Positions 1-13,834 of a DNA stretch of 64,000 nt are shown in pieces; the first letter of the stretch is position 1; every line of letters starts with the position of its first letter. The stretch is from the human T2T-CHM13v2.0 reference genome, Homo sapiens. The translations under genes were made by a program, and so were the position numbers. The stretch lies in the NCBI RefSeq assembly GCF_009914755.1, contig NC_060937.1. One strand, given 5' to 3'. The notes beneath the pieces are model-generated. The model worked only from the letters and a program-made list of their open reading frames with translations, had not been told where the DNA came from and searched no databases.

Positions 1-1500
1 CAAAGATTCCCCTATGTATTCAATCCAAAAAGGTCTTCGCTGAGACATATTATAGTCAAAATGTCAAAAGTCAAAAACTAAGAGAGAATCCTAAAAACAG
101 CAAGAAAAAAGCATCAAGTCACAAATAAGGAAATTTCCATCAGGCTAATATATTGGTCAGGGGACACCTTACAGGCTAAGAGAAAATGAGATAATAGATT
201 CAAAGTGCTGAAAGAAAGAAAGAAAAAAAAATTAAAAACCTGCCAGTCAAAAATATACCCAATGAAGCTATCTATCAGAAATAAAAGAAATAATGTTTTT
301 TCCAGGAAAAGAAAAACTGAGGGAATTCGACACCATCAGACTGGCCCTACAAGAAATGCGTAAGGAAGTCCTACATCTGGAAGAACAAGAACAATATCTA
401 TCATCATGAATACATGTGAAAGTATAAAACTCACTGACATGGTTTGGCGGCGTCCCCACCCAAATCTCATCTTGAATTTTAGTTCCCCTAGTCCTCATGT
501 GTTGTGGAAGGGAAATGGCAGAAGGTAATTGAATCATGAGGAGGTTACCCCCATGCTGCTGCCCTCATAATAGTGAGTGTGTTCTCACAGAAGCTGATTG
601 TTTTGTAAGGGGCTTTCCCCACTTTGCTTGGCACTTCTCTATCCTGCCACCATGTGAAGAAGGACGTGTTGCTTCCCCTTCCACTATGATTCTGCATTTC
701 TTGAGACCTCCCGAGCCATGCAGAACTGTGAGTCAATTAAACCTCTCTCCTTTATAAATTACCCAGTGTTGGATATTTCTTCACAGCAGCATGAAAATGG
801 ACTAATACACTCACTGGTAGAGCAGATACAAAAATGAAAAAGAGAAATGAATCAAATGTTACAAGTACAGAAAACCACCAAATCTTAAAGATAATCAATA
901 AAGAGGAATAAAGGAAAAATGGATGTACAAAACAATCAGAATATTATTAGCAAAATGACAGGAGTAAGTCCTTACCTATAAATAACAATTTTGAATAGAA
1001 ACTGTGTAAATTCCTTGATTAAAAAATATAGACTGGCTGATTGGATTAAAAGCAAGACCCAACTGTATGCTGCCCATAAGAAACACATTTCACCTATAAA
1101 GACACATGTAGACTGAAAGTGAAGGGGTGGAAAAAAATATTCCATGAAAGTGGAAACCAAAAATGTACAGGAGTACAAAATCTATTATGAAATAGATTGT
1201 AAGTGAAAAAAAATCATAAAAACAGACAAGGTCATTACATAATGACAAAGGGATCAATTCAGCAAGGGAATATAACAATTGTAAATATGTGTGCACTCAA
1301 CACTGGAGCACTCAGATATATAAAGAAAATATTATTAAAACTAAAGAGAGAAACAAACTCCAATACAATAAGAGTTGGGGACTTCAGCACCCCACTTTCA
1401 GGAATGACAAATTGTCTAGACAGGAAATCAACAACGAATCATCAGACTTAATCTGTATTATAGACCAAATGGACCTAATAGACGTTTACAGAACACTTCA
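1..1500 (+). mobile_element. Old L1 (L1M/L1MA-like) fragment: ORF1 3' end, spacer and ORF2 endonuclease region, interrupted by a THE1 LTR
   Basis: ORF2-like start ATGACAGGAGTAAGTCCTTAC at ~955; decayed EN peptides GHYIMTKGSIQQ, VGDFSTPLS and MDLIDVYRTLH in the ORF track. Confidence 0.9.
435..809 (-). mobile_element. THE1/MST-family (ERVL-MaLR) solo LTR inserted into the L1
   Basis: TGACATGGTTTGG...CCCACCCAAATCTCATCTTGAATT start, GGACTAATACA end, exact 5-bp TSD CTCAC (430-434 and 810-814). Strand depends on library convention. Confidence 0.9.
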
Positions 1501-1559
1501 TAATCAGGGGAAAAAAAGAAGTCATAGACTGTCTCTGCGAGTCCCAAATCCTGGACTTT

Positions 1560-2560
1560 GCAGAAAATAATCTCAAAAAAGCCATTATAAATATTTTCAA
1601 AGAACCACAACAAACCATGTTTAAAAATTAAAAGAAAGTATTAATGATGTACCACAAAAAAGCAAATATTAATAAAGAGATAGATGTTATAAAAATAAAG
1701 AAATGAAAATCCTGTCACTGAAAAGTACAACTGAAATTAAAACTTCAACAGAAAATGTGAACTGATGAAAGAACGAATCAGTAAACTTGGTAATACCTCA
1801 ATATCTATTACACAATCTGATGAACAGAAAGAAAAACAAAATGAAAAAAACTGAAAAGAGCCACAGAGACCCCTAAGACACCATAAAATATACCAACAGG
1901 CTCACATGGGAGTATCAGGAATATGAAAGCTTATTAAGGTTCACTATAGTTATCTCATTTGCCAGATCTCCCTACTAAGTTTCTGGCTAGTTTTTCAGTC
2001 TTCTGCTTGACCTAACCAAGAGAGAGAGAAAAGATCAAAAACATCTTTGAATATATAATGACTTAAAACTTTCAAATCTGATAAAATAACATTAATATAC
2101 ACATCCAATATGTTCAGTGAATTTAAAGTAGGATACACTAAAATATATACACATCTTTAAATATTATAATCAAATTGTTTAAAGACAAAGACAAAAAAAT
2201 TTCTTGAAGACAGAGAAAAATGAAACATTACATATAGCCAAACACCACTATAATTAACAGCTAATTTTATATTTGAAACAACAGAGGCCAAAAGGAAGTG
2301 GAATTATGTATTTACAGTGGTGGAAAAAAAATAGACAACCACCTGTCAACCAATAATTCCATATCTATAAAAGCCATTCTTCAAAAATAAAACAAAATAG
2401 AGTTATTATAAAAAAATTTAAAACAAAAGATTTGTCATTAGCATATCTGTCTTAAAAGAAATGCTAAAAGAAATTCGCATCCTTTGGGCTCAAAAGAAAT
2501 GACACTAGACAGTAATCTGAATCTACACCAAGAAATGCAGTGCACTAGAGAAAAAAGAGT
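1560..2560 (+). mobile_element. Degenerate L1M ORF1-region fragment
   Basis: A-rich sequence with L1 ORF1-like motifs (ATCAAATTGTTTAAAGACAAAGAC, CTGTCAACCAATAATTCCATATC). Confidence 0.65.
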
Positions 2561-2949
2561 AAGGAACTTCTAAGTAGCCAAATTATTCAAAATAAGCCAA
2601 TATCTATCCAGCTAGTGAATTTAAAAAAATAAATAAACATTATTTTAAAAATGAAGTGCCTGCACTCATAAAACTTTTCTCTCTTCCTCTTATGTCTTCC
2701 AATGTTCCAACATCCAAGCCAGAAACCTGGGAACATCCTTTACTCTTAATTTTCCCTTAGTTTTTATTCCCCAACCAATAAATGATCTTTGATCTTTTTT
2801 TATTCTACTAAGTAACTATTTCTCAAAGATATATAATCTTTATTTCATCTAGTATCCCTGTTTCCTTACCTCACAATCATCTTAAAACTGCAGCAGGCTC
2901 TGACAGGTTTTGCTTCTTTGTCTTGTTGCGGTCTAATTAATTTTATGCA

Positions 2950-3502
2950 TAAAGGTCAATGGGAGATTTCTAAGATGACCTTCAAGTTTCCCTAGTAAAT
3001 AGGCTCTGTGTAATACCTTTTCCTTGAGTGTGAAGAGTTTTTGTAAGCATGATAGAATCAGGGTTCTCTTGATTGTGTTACATCATATGGGAAAAGTAGT
3101 GGGATAGTCCCAGTTGGGATTTTTCTGTGTTATCAGCAGATGGGAAAGAGTTTTCTGCTGGCTTTGAAGAAGTAAGTTCCCAAGCCGTGAGAGTATTACA
3201 TGTCTAGGAGCTGAAAATGGCCTGTAGGAGCTGAAAGCATCCCCAGATTACATTTAACAAGAAAATTGGGAAATCAGTATTACAAGTTTGGGGAACTGAA
3301 TTCTGTCAACAACCCAAATGACCTTGAAAGAACCTTAAATGATAGCCTAGCCCTGGCTTACACCTTGATTTTAGCCTAGAGAAACCTTGGCTAGATGATC
3401 TTTGCCTGGACTGACCTATGGAAACTGTGATATCATAAATGAGTGTGATTTTAAACCACTCATTTTGCAGTAATTTGTTATGCACAAATAGAAAACTAAG
3501 AA
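2950..3502. mobile_element. MLT1 (E/F-like) MaLR LTR
   Basis: GGAACTGAATTCTGTCAACAACC, GAAACTGTGATATCATAAATGAGTGTG and GTAATTTGTTATGCACAAATAGAAAACTAA are typical of MLT1. Confidence 0.75.
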
Positions 3503-5327
3503 TGCTATAACTCTTGTTTCTTCTTTAGCTTCTCTTTATAAAATATATTGCTCATACTCCAATCTATACTTTGACCAAATGGCACTTCCTCAGTTTATAA
3601 GGTATACTGCACTCTTTTGGGGGACCTTGTGGGGTATTCTGTTCTATTTGATAAGAAACCTTTCACAGCTTCTTTATATCTGTCTAAATCTATTTATTCA
3701 TCAGGTCTTCACTAAAAGTTTCTTAGTATCTTTGGAGTAGATTTTTGCCTTAGAGTCATCTTGTACTAGGCAGATTGTGAACATTCAGCAAATGATAGAT
3801 AATAGTTTTTAAGTGATGATAGCTAATTTAGTCATGAAGATGACTAAAGTGAGTGGGCTGTTTTCGCCATATCTTTTGAGTGATCAAATTAGGTTGACCA
3901 CTTGTTGACATAATCACTTATTTGGCATGTCATCCCCTGAAAAACCATTATATAGAACTGGCCTTTTCACATCTTACTAATGGTAAATGATTATATACCT
4001 ATTACTGCATAAATACCCCTAAGAAGTTTTATATCCTTATTGGAAAAATTTTCCACAAACATTGCCTGTTTACTAATAATATATTTTTTTCATTCTCTCT
4101 TAGAATGACAGGTAGGCAGCTCTCTCTGATTTTGAAGAGCAGAAAATAAATAAAATACTGACCTTTAGAATGCATTATTCATGAATATAAATATGTACAT
4201 TATACTATTTAAGCAACTCTTTTAAAGGAAACTTTACGTATATATTCAAGCCGAACATTTAAATCTACATAATGCATTGGTTATCCTATATATAGCTTGC
4301 TATTTATTTTGAAAATATTCTCAATTTAAAAATCCAGCAAACTAATACATATAATAAAACATATATTCTAATTTATTCATTAAATAATTCATATTATTCA
4401 GAAAAATATTGGTCAAGTGATTTCATTTATGACACTTTAATTCCATGAGTAACAGATTAACATATACATCCAGGTAAAACTTGAATGTCTCTAAAATCAT
4501 AATGTTTAACTCTAGGGAAATCAAATCTAGCAGTAAAAGACATTCTCAGTGGTCCAAATTACAAAAGGAAAAGGAAGACATATCAATCCTGATTTTGGTT
4601 TAGGTGTGACATTTAAATCTTGATTTTTTTTCCAATCTAGTAATCCACTTTCCTCTTTGAATAGTTAACTACAAAGTGTTATCCTAGATATTCTTCTAAT
4701 CATATTAGCATATAACCTATAAACTACCCTGCAGTTAGCTTAAATACTAACTAGAGACTGTCTTTTTGTTGGCCCTATATTCCGTTGGTTTTCATATCTG
4801 TTCTACCTTAGTTTCTATCTACATTTTACATGCATGTTCCCTTTTGCCCCAGAGTTTGAGGAATCTGGATTCTCTTCTTCTTCTGTGTCATGGCTTTTAA
4901 TACCCCATCATCAAGTACTTTATGTACAACTAGCCTTTGAGACACTCAATATTTTTTTTTAAAAAATTTCATTTCTAAAAATAGGAAACTTGAAAATAAA
5001 CTGGCCTTTTCTCATTTGATTTCATATGCACACAGGAAGAGTTTGTTACCTATGAATTTGTAACATATTTTCCCATAATACTATCAAAGTCCAACAGGAT
5101 AATTCAATGAGTTTCTTATAAATATAAGCCCATATTTAAAATCACATGTCTTTTCCAAGTATACCATGATGCACAAGTTTCATTTCCTAATAATATTCCA
5201 TACATATTATGAGTGCTTGGATATCTGTATATTCTAATTTATTTTATAAACCAGAGCAACATGTAATAAATATTTGATTTAACTTAGTTTATGCTTTATG
5301 GTGCCACCAGTAAATATTTCTTTCTTC

Positions 5328-5634
5328 ATTTTCTTTTTTTTCTTTTTTTTTTTTGACAAGGTCTGGCTCTGTTGCCCATACTGGAGTGCAGTGGTGCAAT
5401 CTCTGCTCACTGCAACCTCTGCCTCCCAGGCTCAATATATCCTCCCACCCTAGCCCTCTGAGCAGCTGGGACTACAGGCATGTACCACCACAGCTGGCTA
5501 AATTTTTGTATTTTTTGTAGAGACAGGGTTTTGCCATGTTGCCCAGGTTGGTCTCGAATTCCCGGGCTCAAGCAATCTACCTGCATTGGCCTCCCAAAGT
5601 GCTACGATTGCAGGCGTGAGCCACCACACCGGCC
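5328..5634 (-). mobile_element. AluJ
   Basis: Poly-T followed by reverse-complement Alu dimer ending GGCC; J-type GGCTCAAGCAATC. Confidence 0.92.
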
Positions 5635-6129
5635 ACAATATTTCAACCAAGATATCCACTAGTGTAATTTTTATAGACATAGTATTTGTTTCCTAGACCA
5701 TTCACTTCTTATAAAATTACACAATTTTAATTGTTAAAATAATCCACATAAGCAACATTAGTTAAGAAGATATCTGAGTTTGATTCTCAATGCTACTTTC
5801 CTTTATAATTTCTATATATTTGGATAATTTTATTCAACTTTTAGAATTCTATTTATTTTTGTAACATGGAGATAATAATAATACAACATAGTTACAGAAA
5901 CTTTAAGAATAATTTATGTGAAAGAAGTTTTAAAATGTTAATCTTATACAAATGCTGGCTAAAAATAATATACCATAGTATTTATAAAAAGAGATGAGAT
6001 GGGATAAGAATGACAGCATCATTAAGCACTTGTCCCAGGAATTTATTCCACATCTCAGTAGTTTCTATCTGATTTCAAGGATCCATAGGAATTATAACTG
6101 ATTCCCCCATTTCTTTATGTTTCTAACAG

Positions 6130-6579
6130 ACTGGAAACATCAAATTAGAATTCAGTCTTTTTTCTCCCCATGGCTTTTAGTATCAAGTTTCCATTTGAAC
6201 AACCAATGCATTTGTCTAAACCACCAGGGTGCCTAACTCTAAAAGAAGGTGGAGGCGTATACACACTAACTTTTATGTCATCTTGTCATGCTGTGGTATC
6301 TCAAGGTGCTTTGCAATGACATTAAACTTAAAAACGTTATCTCTCCTGCTGAGTTAATTAGTTAAAATCAGGTAAGTGACAATGACAACAAACACATCTT
6401 AAGTTCAAACTTAAACCTGAAGCCAATATCAATAGACGTAGAGGAGTTCCTTGAAGCAGGTGTATTGTAGCTCAAAGGGAGACCACATGCAGAGACATAT
6501 TTCAGCAAGGAAGATGTTAAGAGCCCTGTTTTAGTTGACTTCAAATTATGAGTGGTGAAAAGAAATCTAGTCCAAGAAG
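6130..6579 (+). pseudogene. Candidate decayed coding exon (450 nt, phase 1-1)
   Basis: TTTCTTTATGTTTCTAACAG acceptor and AAG|GTAAGT donor; frame ...LKPISIDVEEFLEAGVL*LKGRPHAETYFSKEDVKSPVLVDFKL*VVKRNLVQE. Inference only. Confidence 0.35.
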
Positions 6580-7060
6580 GTAAGTTTTTATTTTTGACAA
6601 GCATTGTGAACCGGAGTTAGCTTAGTGGTATAACATGGCCTTCAACAAGTGCCACTGGAACAAGCTTTTCGTCCAGTGGTATAAATTCTGAATAATTGGC
6701 AGCAACTATGTTTTGAATCAATCACAGTCCATTAAATAAATAAGTTAGGCTGTCAGTGAAGGAAAAGGCAGATGTTTTACACCTTGTAAAAAAATGACCA
6801 AGACACCCACTGAAACCATCCAAAGAAGAGGTGATGTTCTGTATTTCCTTCCAGCTAAGAGCAGATATATTCAGAGATTGAGATCAATAAGCACAAATTC
6901 AAATTGTTTAACCACAGTAATATTCCATGGAATCACTCTCTGTCAAGGAAAAGAACCTTAGGAGGAGCATTTAGTACAGGTACAATCCCACAAATTTTCT
7001 GCAAGTTGTTACTCTTAGAAAGGTCTTGGGCAATTATATATTTTCATTTTTTTCTTTGTA

Positions 7061-7384
7061 ATTTTATTTTATTAATATTATTTATTTATTTATTTTGAGA
7101 CAGGGTCTCTTTCTGCCTCCCAAGCTGGAATGCCATGATGCGATCTTGACTCACTTCAGCCTCAGCCACCCGGGCTCAGGGCTCAGGTGATCCTCCTACC
7201 TCAGACTCCTGAGCAGCTGGAACTACAGGTGCATGCCACCATGCCTGGCTAATTTTTGTATTTTTTGTAGATATGGGGTCTCATCATGTTGCTCAGCTGG
7301 TCTTGAGCTCCTGAGCTCAAATGATCTTTCTGCTTCTGTCTCCCAAAGTGCTGGGATTACAGGCATGGGCCACTGCATCTGGCC
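7061..7384 (-). mobile_element. AluJ
   Basis: (TTTA)n tail and diverged reverse-complement Alu dimer. Confidence 0.9.
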
Positions 7385-7439
7385 ATGTCATTTATTTTAA
7401 ATTCCTCTGTGATTAGTCGTATTATTTTTTCAAATTATT

Positions 7440-7743
7440 CCCTTCTCTTCATTTTGCTTATAGGAATTGACTTGCTTTGGCCAAGAAATGTGAGCAGAAG
7501 TGATGAGAACCACTTTCAACCAAAGTTTTAAGAGTCATCATATGGTATCACCATGGCTTCCTTTCCCTTTTCCTTGAGCTTTAGGACATTCCCCATGGAG
7601 GACATGCCTAGGTCCCAACATGAAAAAACACAGACAGCCCACAAAAGACATCAACTATAATTGAAGAAGTTGTAGTTGTAGGTTTTTGAGTTTTGAGACT
7701 GGCTCATTACTATAGCATAACTTAACCAAAACTAATTGATACA
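7440..7743. mobile_element. Old MLT1 (H-K-like) LTR fragment
   Basis: TGACTTGCTTTGGCCAAGAAATGTGAGCAGAAGTGA and terminal ATAGCATAACTTAACC...TGATACA. Confidence 0.65.
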
Positions 7744-9356
7744 GTTTTCATGCTAAAACAAAGAAGCAAGTAAGTCAGCAAAACAAACAAGTAGGCAAAC
7801 ATTTGGAAAACAAAATATAAATCATTAACAAAGAGAATAGCATTGCAAATATCTAGAAAAGGCTACGCACAACAAGGCATTTTAAAGCAGAATCGTCTCA
7901 AAATATTACACAGATTAACAGTGTTTCCTACATTATAAGCTTCACTGAAACTGGCACGTTTAACTTGAAATATCTTAAATATCTTAAAAATAGATATCTT
8001 ACAAAAGAGAAAGGAGGAGAGAGAAAAACAGGAAAACTTGTTTTTCTAAGGATGAGCTTATTGGAGGTGAAAACTCTTCAAAAAACTTCAGAAATTATTC
8101 TCCACCACTAAGGTAAAAATTATATACAGAATGATAAGAACTCCACCTTTGTAATTTAGGCCCATAATTGGTGTTGGAAAGCATACAGTGATTATATGAA
8201 GGTAAATTTAATTTTCAGTTTGTCTGATTTCATACTTCTTACACGCTACAAGAAGAAAGACAAAACCAGGGAAGGCCGTTCCACCCATGTTACTCTCTTC
8301 TCACTAACAGTCTCCTATATTCCCACAGTCTATACAGCACTATTTCTGAAAGTCATTTGATTTCTAATTATAGCACCAACATTAACTCCTAACACTGGAA
8401 ATATAAAAGAAATGACATATGTGTACTATGCTATTATATAGAATAAAGAAATTATTAAGTAAATGTATACAGGGAAATAGGAGAAATATTTTTTGTAGAA
8501 CCACATATTGAAAATGACATAATGAAAAGACTTTTTTCTATGTGAAAAGTGTGTGTATAACCTTGATCATGAAAGGAACCACCACCAAAGCATCTGTTCA
8601 CTTTGGCACTGACAAGGTACAATTTTAGAAAATCAAATTAGGATATCTCCTGTAACATATAAGTTGCTGGGTAAGTCATCACTGATTAATGGTGTGGCAG
8701 ACAAAAAGCATTTTCAAATAATTTTAAAGACAGAAGCTCTTTGAAGAAAAATACTGCAAAAATTGACCAGTAAGTGGGATTTGTTTTAGAAGTTTCCTAT
8801 ATGCATATACTTTTCCAAGGAAAACATTAGTCAAAAAGATGGAAAAGATCCAAGTGAATATTTATCCCTCTACTCTGCCTGAGCATCTAGAGACTGATAG
8901 CGTGCATATAAGAAACACTATGGGTTAAAAGGTTAAGGTAAACATTGCTAATCTGCCTTTTTTATTCCTTTGAGTGTACAAGCAGGGTGGCTGTGGTTAA
9001 TGTACAAATTGAGTATGATAAACATAAAAGTTTTTCTGTATATCTAACTCAAAGTTATCAAACATAAACAATAGAAAAAGTATGTACTACAATTTTAAAT
9101 AATGCACCAGATCACCCACAAAGATGACCACTTTTTGGTTAATTTACTTCTCTAAAAATTAAGATTATTTTTCCCCACCAAATATAATTTCTCTTTATTA
9201 AACCCAATGCATTTCATCTTCCCCAAATTTGGAATAAACCAGAATTGTTAACTTTAATTTTACAACATCCACCCATGTATTCTAGCACACCTTATGTGGA
9301 GAAAAACATTACTTCATATGAAGATAAACACTAGAAAAATATTATTGTTTTGTGTA

Positions 9357-10213
9357 AAAATTAATATGTTAATTGTTCACTTTCCTGAATTTTTCTAAGT
9401 TGGTGCTAGCAGGAAGATATTTGAAAATGTTTAGTACATGTAATCACAGTGAAGAGTTGATACACTTTGATCTAGAAGAATTTAGTTAAGTAAGGGTAAT
9501 AATTAAGGGGTTATAATCATAAAGCCTGAGACAAATTTGAAAACACTGACCAGAAAAAAAAATATATAACAAATAAAAAGTGGAGTGGGATTCTCAAGTA
9601 ATCTTCATAATGGAATGTATACACTTGACACTTGAAAAAGAGATGCCAAAGTACTGTTCTGTAATCCATTGTAAGAAAGTTGACCAAGACAAAAAATAAT
9701 TAAGGCATAGGCACATTGGAAATTGTACCTTTTATATTTGAAATATAATCATCTGCTTTTCAGTACTCTCACTGATATCTTTGACTTGCTGTATTCTCAG
9801 TTCCCCAGTGATTTTCCATCATTGGTTAGTACAAGTCAGTGCCATATTTGCCAGTCATCTAAACCTTGTTCACTGCTACCTTTCCAATCCCTAGTGCATA
9901 TTAAGTAGTCAATACATAGTTAAAGAAACAATTATTCTTTCACTATGTGAATGTTTGGCTTATTCATCTTCCTAATCCATTTTCCCATAGATTATCAGAA
10001 CTACAGATTAGCCGTATTCTACATTGTTTCCATTATATATATATATATAATATATATAATTAAAATTAATATGTTAATTGTTGACTTTCCTGAATTTTTC
10101 TAAGTTGGTGCTAGCAGGAGGATATTTGAAAATGTTTAGTACATGTAATCACACAGTGAAGAGTTGATACACTTTGATCTAGAAGAATTATTTAAGTAAG
10201 GGTAATAATTAAG
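9357..10213 (+). repeat. Dispersed direct duplication, ~150 bp (9357-9507 and 10062-10213)
   Basis: Direct comparison shows only about 4-5 differences; second copy is flanked by (TA)n on both sides. Confidence 0.95.
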
Positions 10214-11474
10214 TTATATATATATAAATATAAAAAACTCTCATGAAAAGAGAAGCTTTCTTTATACAAATTATTACATCCAAGACAGAAAAATTTATTA
10301 GAAATAATTCAACCCATTTTCACCACAGGGAATAGTTACTGTTATAGCCCTACAACAAATTATGTAAGAGTTGAGTAGCTTTTAAGAACCAACATATTTT
10401 AATTAAGGTTATACGTTAGATATTAAATAAAAGGTGGTAGGATATTTATATTAATCAGTTTTTAAAGTCCTATAATTCACTTAACAGATACAGTGACTGT
10501 GAAAGAAACTGAAATAGATAGAAGATAAAAAATTAAGAAGCCAGAAAGTGGAAAACCTAAGTAGAAACTAAAAATAGAAATAAATGACCAGTCGAATGCT
10601 TCCTTTATTTATACACCTCTTAGCACATTTCTTTTTTACAAAGTGTGAATATATTTAATCCATTTTTACTAAAGCAACTTTATTTAGCTGGCTGTTTACC
10701 TTTCTGTTAAGCCTCATTACCCATAAAAACAAAGAATGAAGTTGATTAATGTGCTCTAAGTGTGATGTTCAAATTATAATTTTCATATACGTAAATGGAT
10801 GCTTCTGCAGAATTTTGTTTGATAATTTACAGAGTTAGCACCGTCCAAACCACTAATCAGTTTCTTTTTATGATGACAGCTGCAGTAGATTCTTTTGGAA
10901 TGTTAATTTTCATTAGTGTCTTCCCTTCCTGTGGACTGTATTCCTGGCTTCAGGAGTGATTTCATCATTGCAAACTAAAATTTGTGAGGAAAGACATTTG
11001 GATCATTCATTACTTTTCTAAGAGTACACAAAGATAGAAATAATTGGAAACAAAAATTCAAATGGGTGGATTTCAAACGTGAAGTTAATATAAATAATAT
11101 ATATGATAGCTAAAGATGCACTACTTTCATTTAAAAATTTGATTAAGTTGTTGCTGACTACGTTTGTTAAGATTGATATATCAAACAAAAGAAAGAAAGA
11201 AAAATGCTTAAACACAGCAAAATGACAATGTCTTTGAATTTTGGAGAAAAATAAAAATATTAACTTTAGTAATTAAATGATAATATTTTAATTAATATGA
11301 TAGATAATTTTCTACCTAAACAACTATTTTGTGTAGTTGTATAGATTACCATTAATCATTTTTGACTTTTCAATTAAATCATTTGGTTTTAAAGAAAGCA
11401 ATAAAACTTGTTCACCTTCACTGTCTGCCTCTCATATTCCAAGTGTGTCATCTCTAGAACAGCAGCAAAATTAG

Positions 11475-11590
11475 TATCGCATTTAAAGGTGAGGAAACTG
11501 AGGCACAGCATTTTTGGGAAGTTTGCCCAATGTTACTTGGCAGAGTGAGATTTGAAGCTAAGCAGTTTGGATTCAGAGCCTGGAATCCTC
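11475..11590 (-). mobile_element. MIR fragment
   Basis: GGTGAGGAAACTGAGGCACAG...TTTGCCCAA...GATTTGAA MIR core. Confidence 0.75.
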
Positions 11591-13539
11591 ATTGGGTATA
11601 CATATTAAATTCATGGAAAGAAAGCATAATTCAAAGCAGAGATGGCAAATGGATTAACGCCTTGTCCTATCATATATTAAGAATAAACCTTAAATCTATA
11701 TTTTTAATATCCTGTTAAACCATGTGTTATAGAATTGCTTCTGTTTCTCATACTAACTCCCAATTTGCCTGAATAGCAGCATTGGTTCCTGTTAATTTGG
11801 AATTTTCATGCTTGGATGATAGTATTAATGTTTTATGCCAGTGTAAATGTTAAGTCTCCAATCAAAGGGCCTGAATATATTAACATTATGCCTCTGTGCA
11901 TAGGTATGAGAAGATAAGATGAATTATGCTGTCTGAAAAATTGTTTTTGTTCAAACTAGATATATTTGTTTAAAAAACTGCTAGTATAGAGAAAATTTTT
12001 GATGTTTTCATTGCACTTTTGAAGACTGAGTAAAATATTTTTCCACAAGGTCAAAATAATTGTCAATCTTAGATTTTTCAATCTTGATATTTCCAAATAT
12101 TATATGTACGTATATACATACAAACATAAAATTAAGAGATAAATGTAATCTATAATATCGTTCATTGTAGATCTTCTTTCCTTTTTTTCCTTAAATATTA
12201 TTGCAATTTTTAACATCTCTAGAGAATGCTAAGCTATAAAAATTGAGTAGTTTTCAGCAAAAAAATTACATGAAACCGCTACTTGGCAAGCAATTGTCTG
12301 CTTTATTTTCATCCTTCTATTTTCAGATTTTTCTCTGATAATTAGTAAGCGCTAACACCACTTTCACTTCTTTATCATCTATTCTCTTCTTAACTGTCTG
12401 TAACATGATTGTCCTTTTTGTCAGTCTATTCAAATGGCCCTCAGGAATACTGTGAGGTCCTCATTTCCCTTCATGAATATACCACTATATTATCATCTTT
12501 CTGTATTTGTAAATCCCCTATTGGCTGAAACACAAATTGATTTTAAAACCTATAGTTACAGTGATAATGGATTATAGAGTATGTAACACTATGTTGGTCA
12601 TGAGGGTGAGTATGAGGATATCCTTTATGCAACCCAGGAAAGGCGCATATTATAAAAGGTGCTCCTCATACAAATGAAATAAAGGTATATGCACAGAAAA
12701 GTAGTGTTCTAGGATTGACAAAATTACATATACATTTTTAAGTAAGTAGACAGTTGAAATTCCAGTAGGCCTATTTTATGCTTTGAAAAATGAAGTATTG
12801 ATTTCTGAAAAGTCCTTAAGTAAACTTGATGGGGGTAATATTGTTATTGTTGTCTCTCTTCATTCATGCAGCATACACCCTATTACATAAATAAACTTTC
12901 GTGACATAATTTATAAAAACTATGAAGAAAAAGAAATTAATACATTTAAGTTTTATGATGGCACCCTAAAGACACCATTCAAAACATAAATGTTTTCTTA
13001 CGGATTTATCAGGAATATTTCAGTATCGATGGTTGTTAACATTTGTTTTTCCTTGAGAATTGCTTTTCCATGGGTTCTAAGGTGTGTAGAAGTTTTTTTG
13101 TCTTAATGATTGGGGGATATTATTGTCATTTCGAAGGTGAGGATGGTTTGGGTGAGACAGCCTTATACAATAAAGATTTTCCTACATCCCATACAACATT
13201 TTAATGTCACACAGAGTATTTATTTAGCTTGAAACCCTGTTTCTACAAGAAAGACACTAAGTAATTGAAATATAGAGTTCTAAAAGGTAATATAGAGTTC
13301 TAAAACGTGAGTGTGTCTCAGTTGAAAATGAGATAAATTTTACAAAGTCAAATGTATGATTGTTAGTAATTGTTGAGCCTTAAGAATTTTGAGTAAAGTT
13401 TTTCATGTCTTTCTAATCTTTGCCTCTCTCAAATGTGGAAATAATGATATTTGTTTTGTGTTAGGATTATAAAGATTAAAGGATAATATGTAAGTGTTTA
13501 ATATCTTGCCTGACACATAGAAGACACTAGATGAAAAAA

Positions 13540-13834
13540 ATTTTTTGAGGGAGTGTGTCTTGCTCTGTTGCCCAGGCTGGAATACAGAGGCACATCATAG
13601 CTCACTGTCGCCTGGACCTCCTAGGTTCAAGAGATTCTCCTACCTCAGCCTCTTGAGTAGCTGGGACCATAGGCATGAGCCATCATGCCTGGATAATTAT
13701 TAATATTTATTTTTTGTAGAGATTAGTTCTCACTATGTTGTCCAGGTTGGTCTTGGACTCCTAGCTTCCAGAAATCCTCCCTCATTGCCCTCTGAAAGTG
13801 TTGAAATGACAGGTGTGAGCCACCACTCCCAGCC
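13540..13834 (-). mobile_element. AluJ (Jo-like)
   Basis: Diverged reverse-complement Alu dimer with ATCATAGCTCACTG. Confidence 0.9.

Noticed and set aside
4104-4111. Possible 8-nt micro-exon (TCTCTCTTAG|AATGACAG|GTAGGC); similar 11-nt case at 32067-32077
   Set aside because: Not frame-preserving and no independent support; expected by chance at this length.
13269-13305. 17-bp duplication AATATAGAGTTCTAAAA with a 3-bp spacer
   Set aside because: Ordinary short slippage duplication with no further structure.
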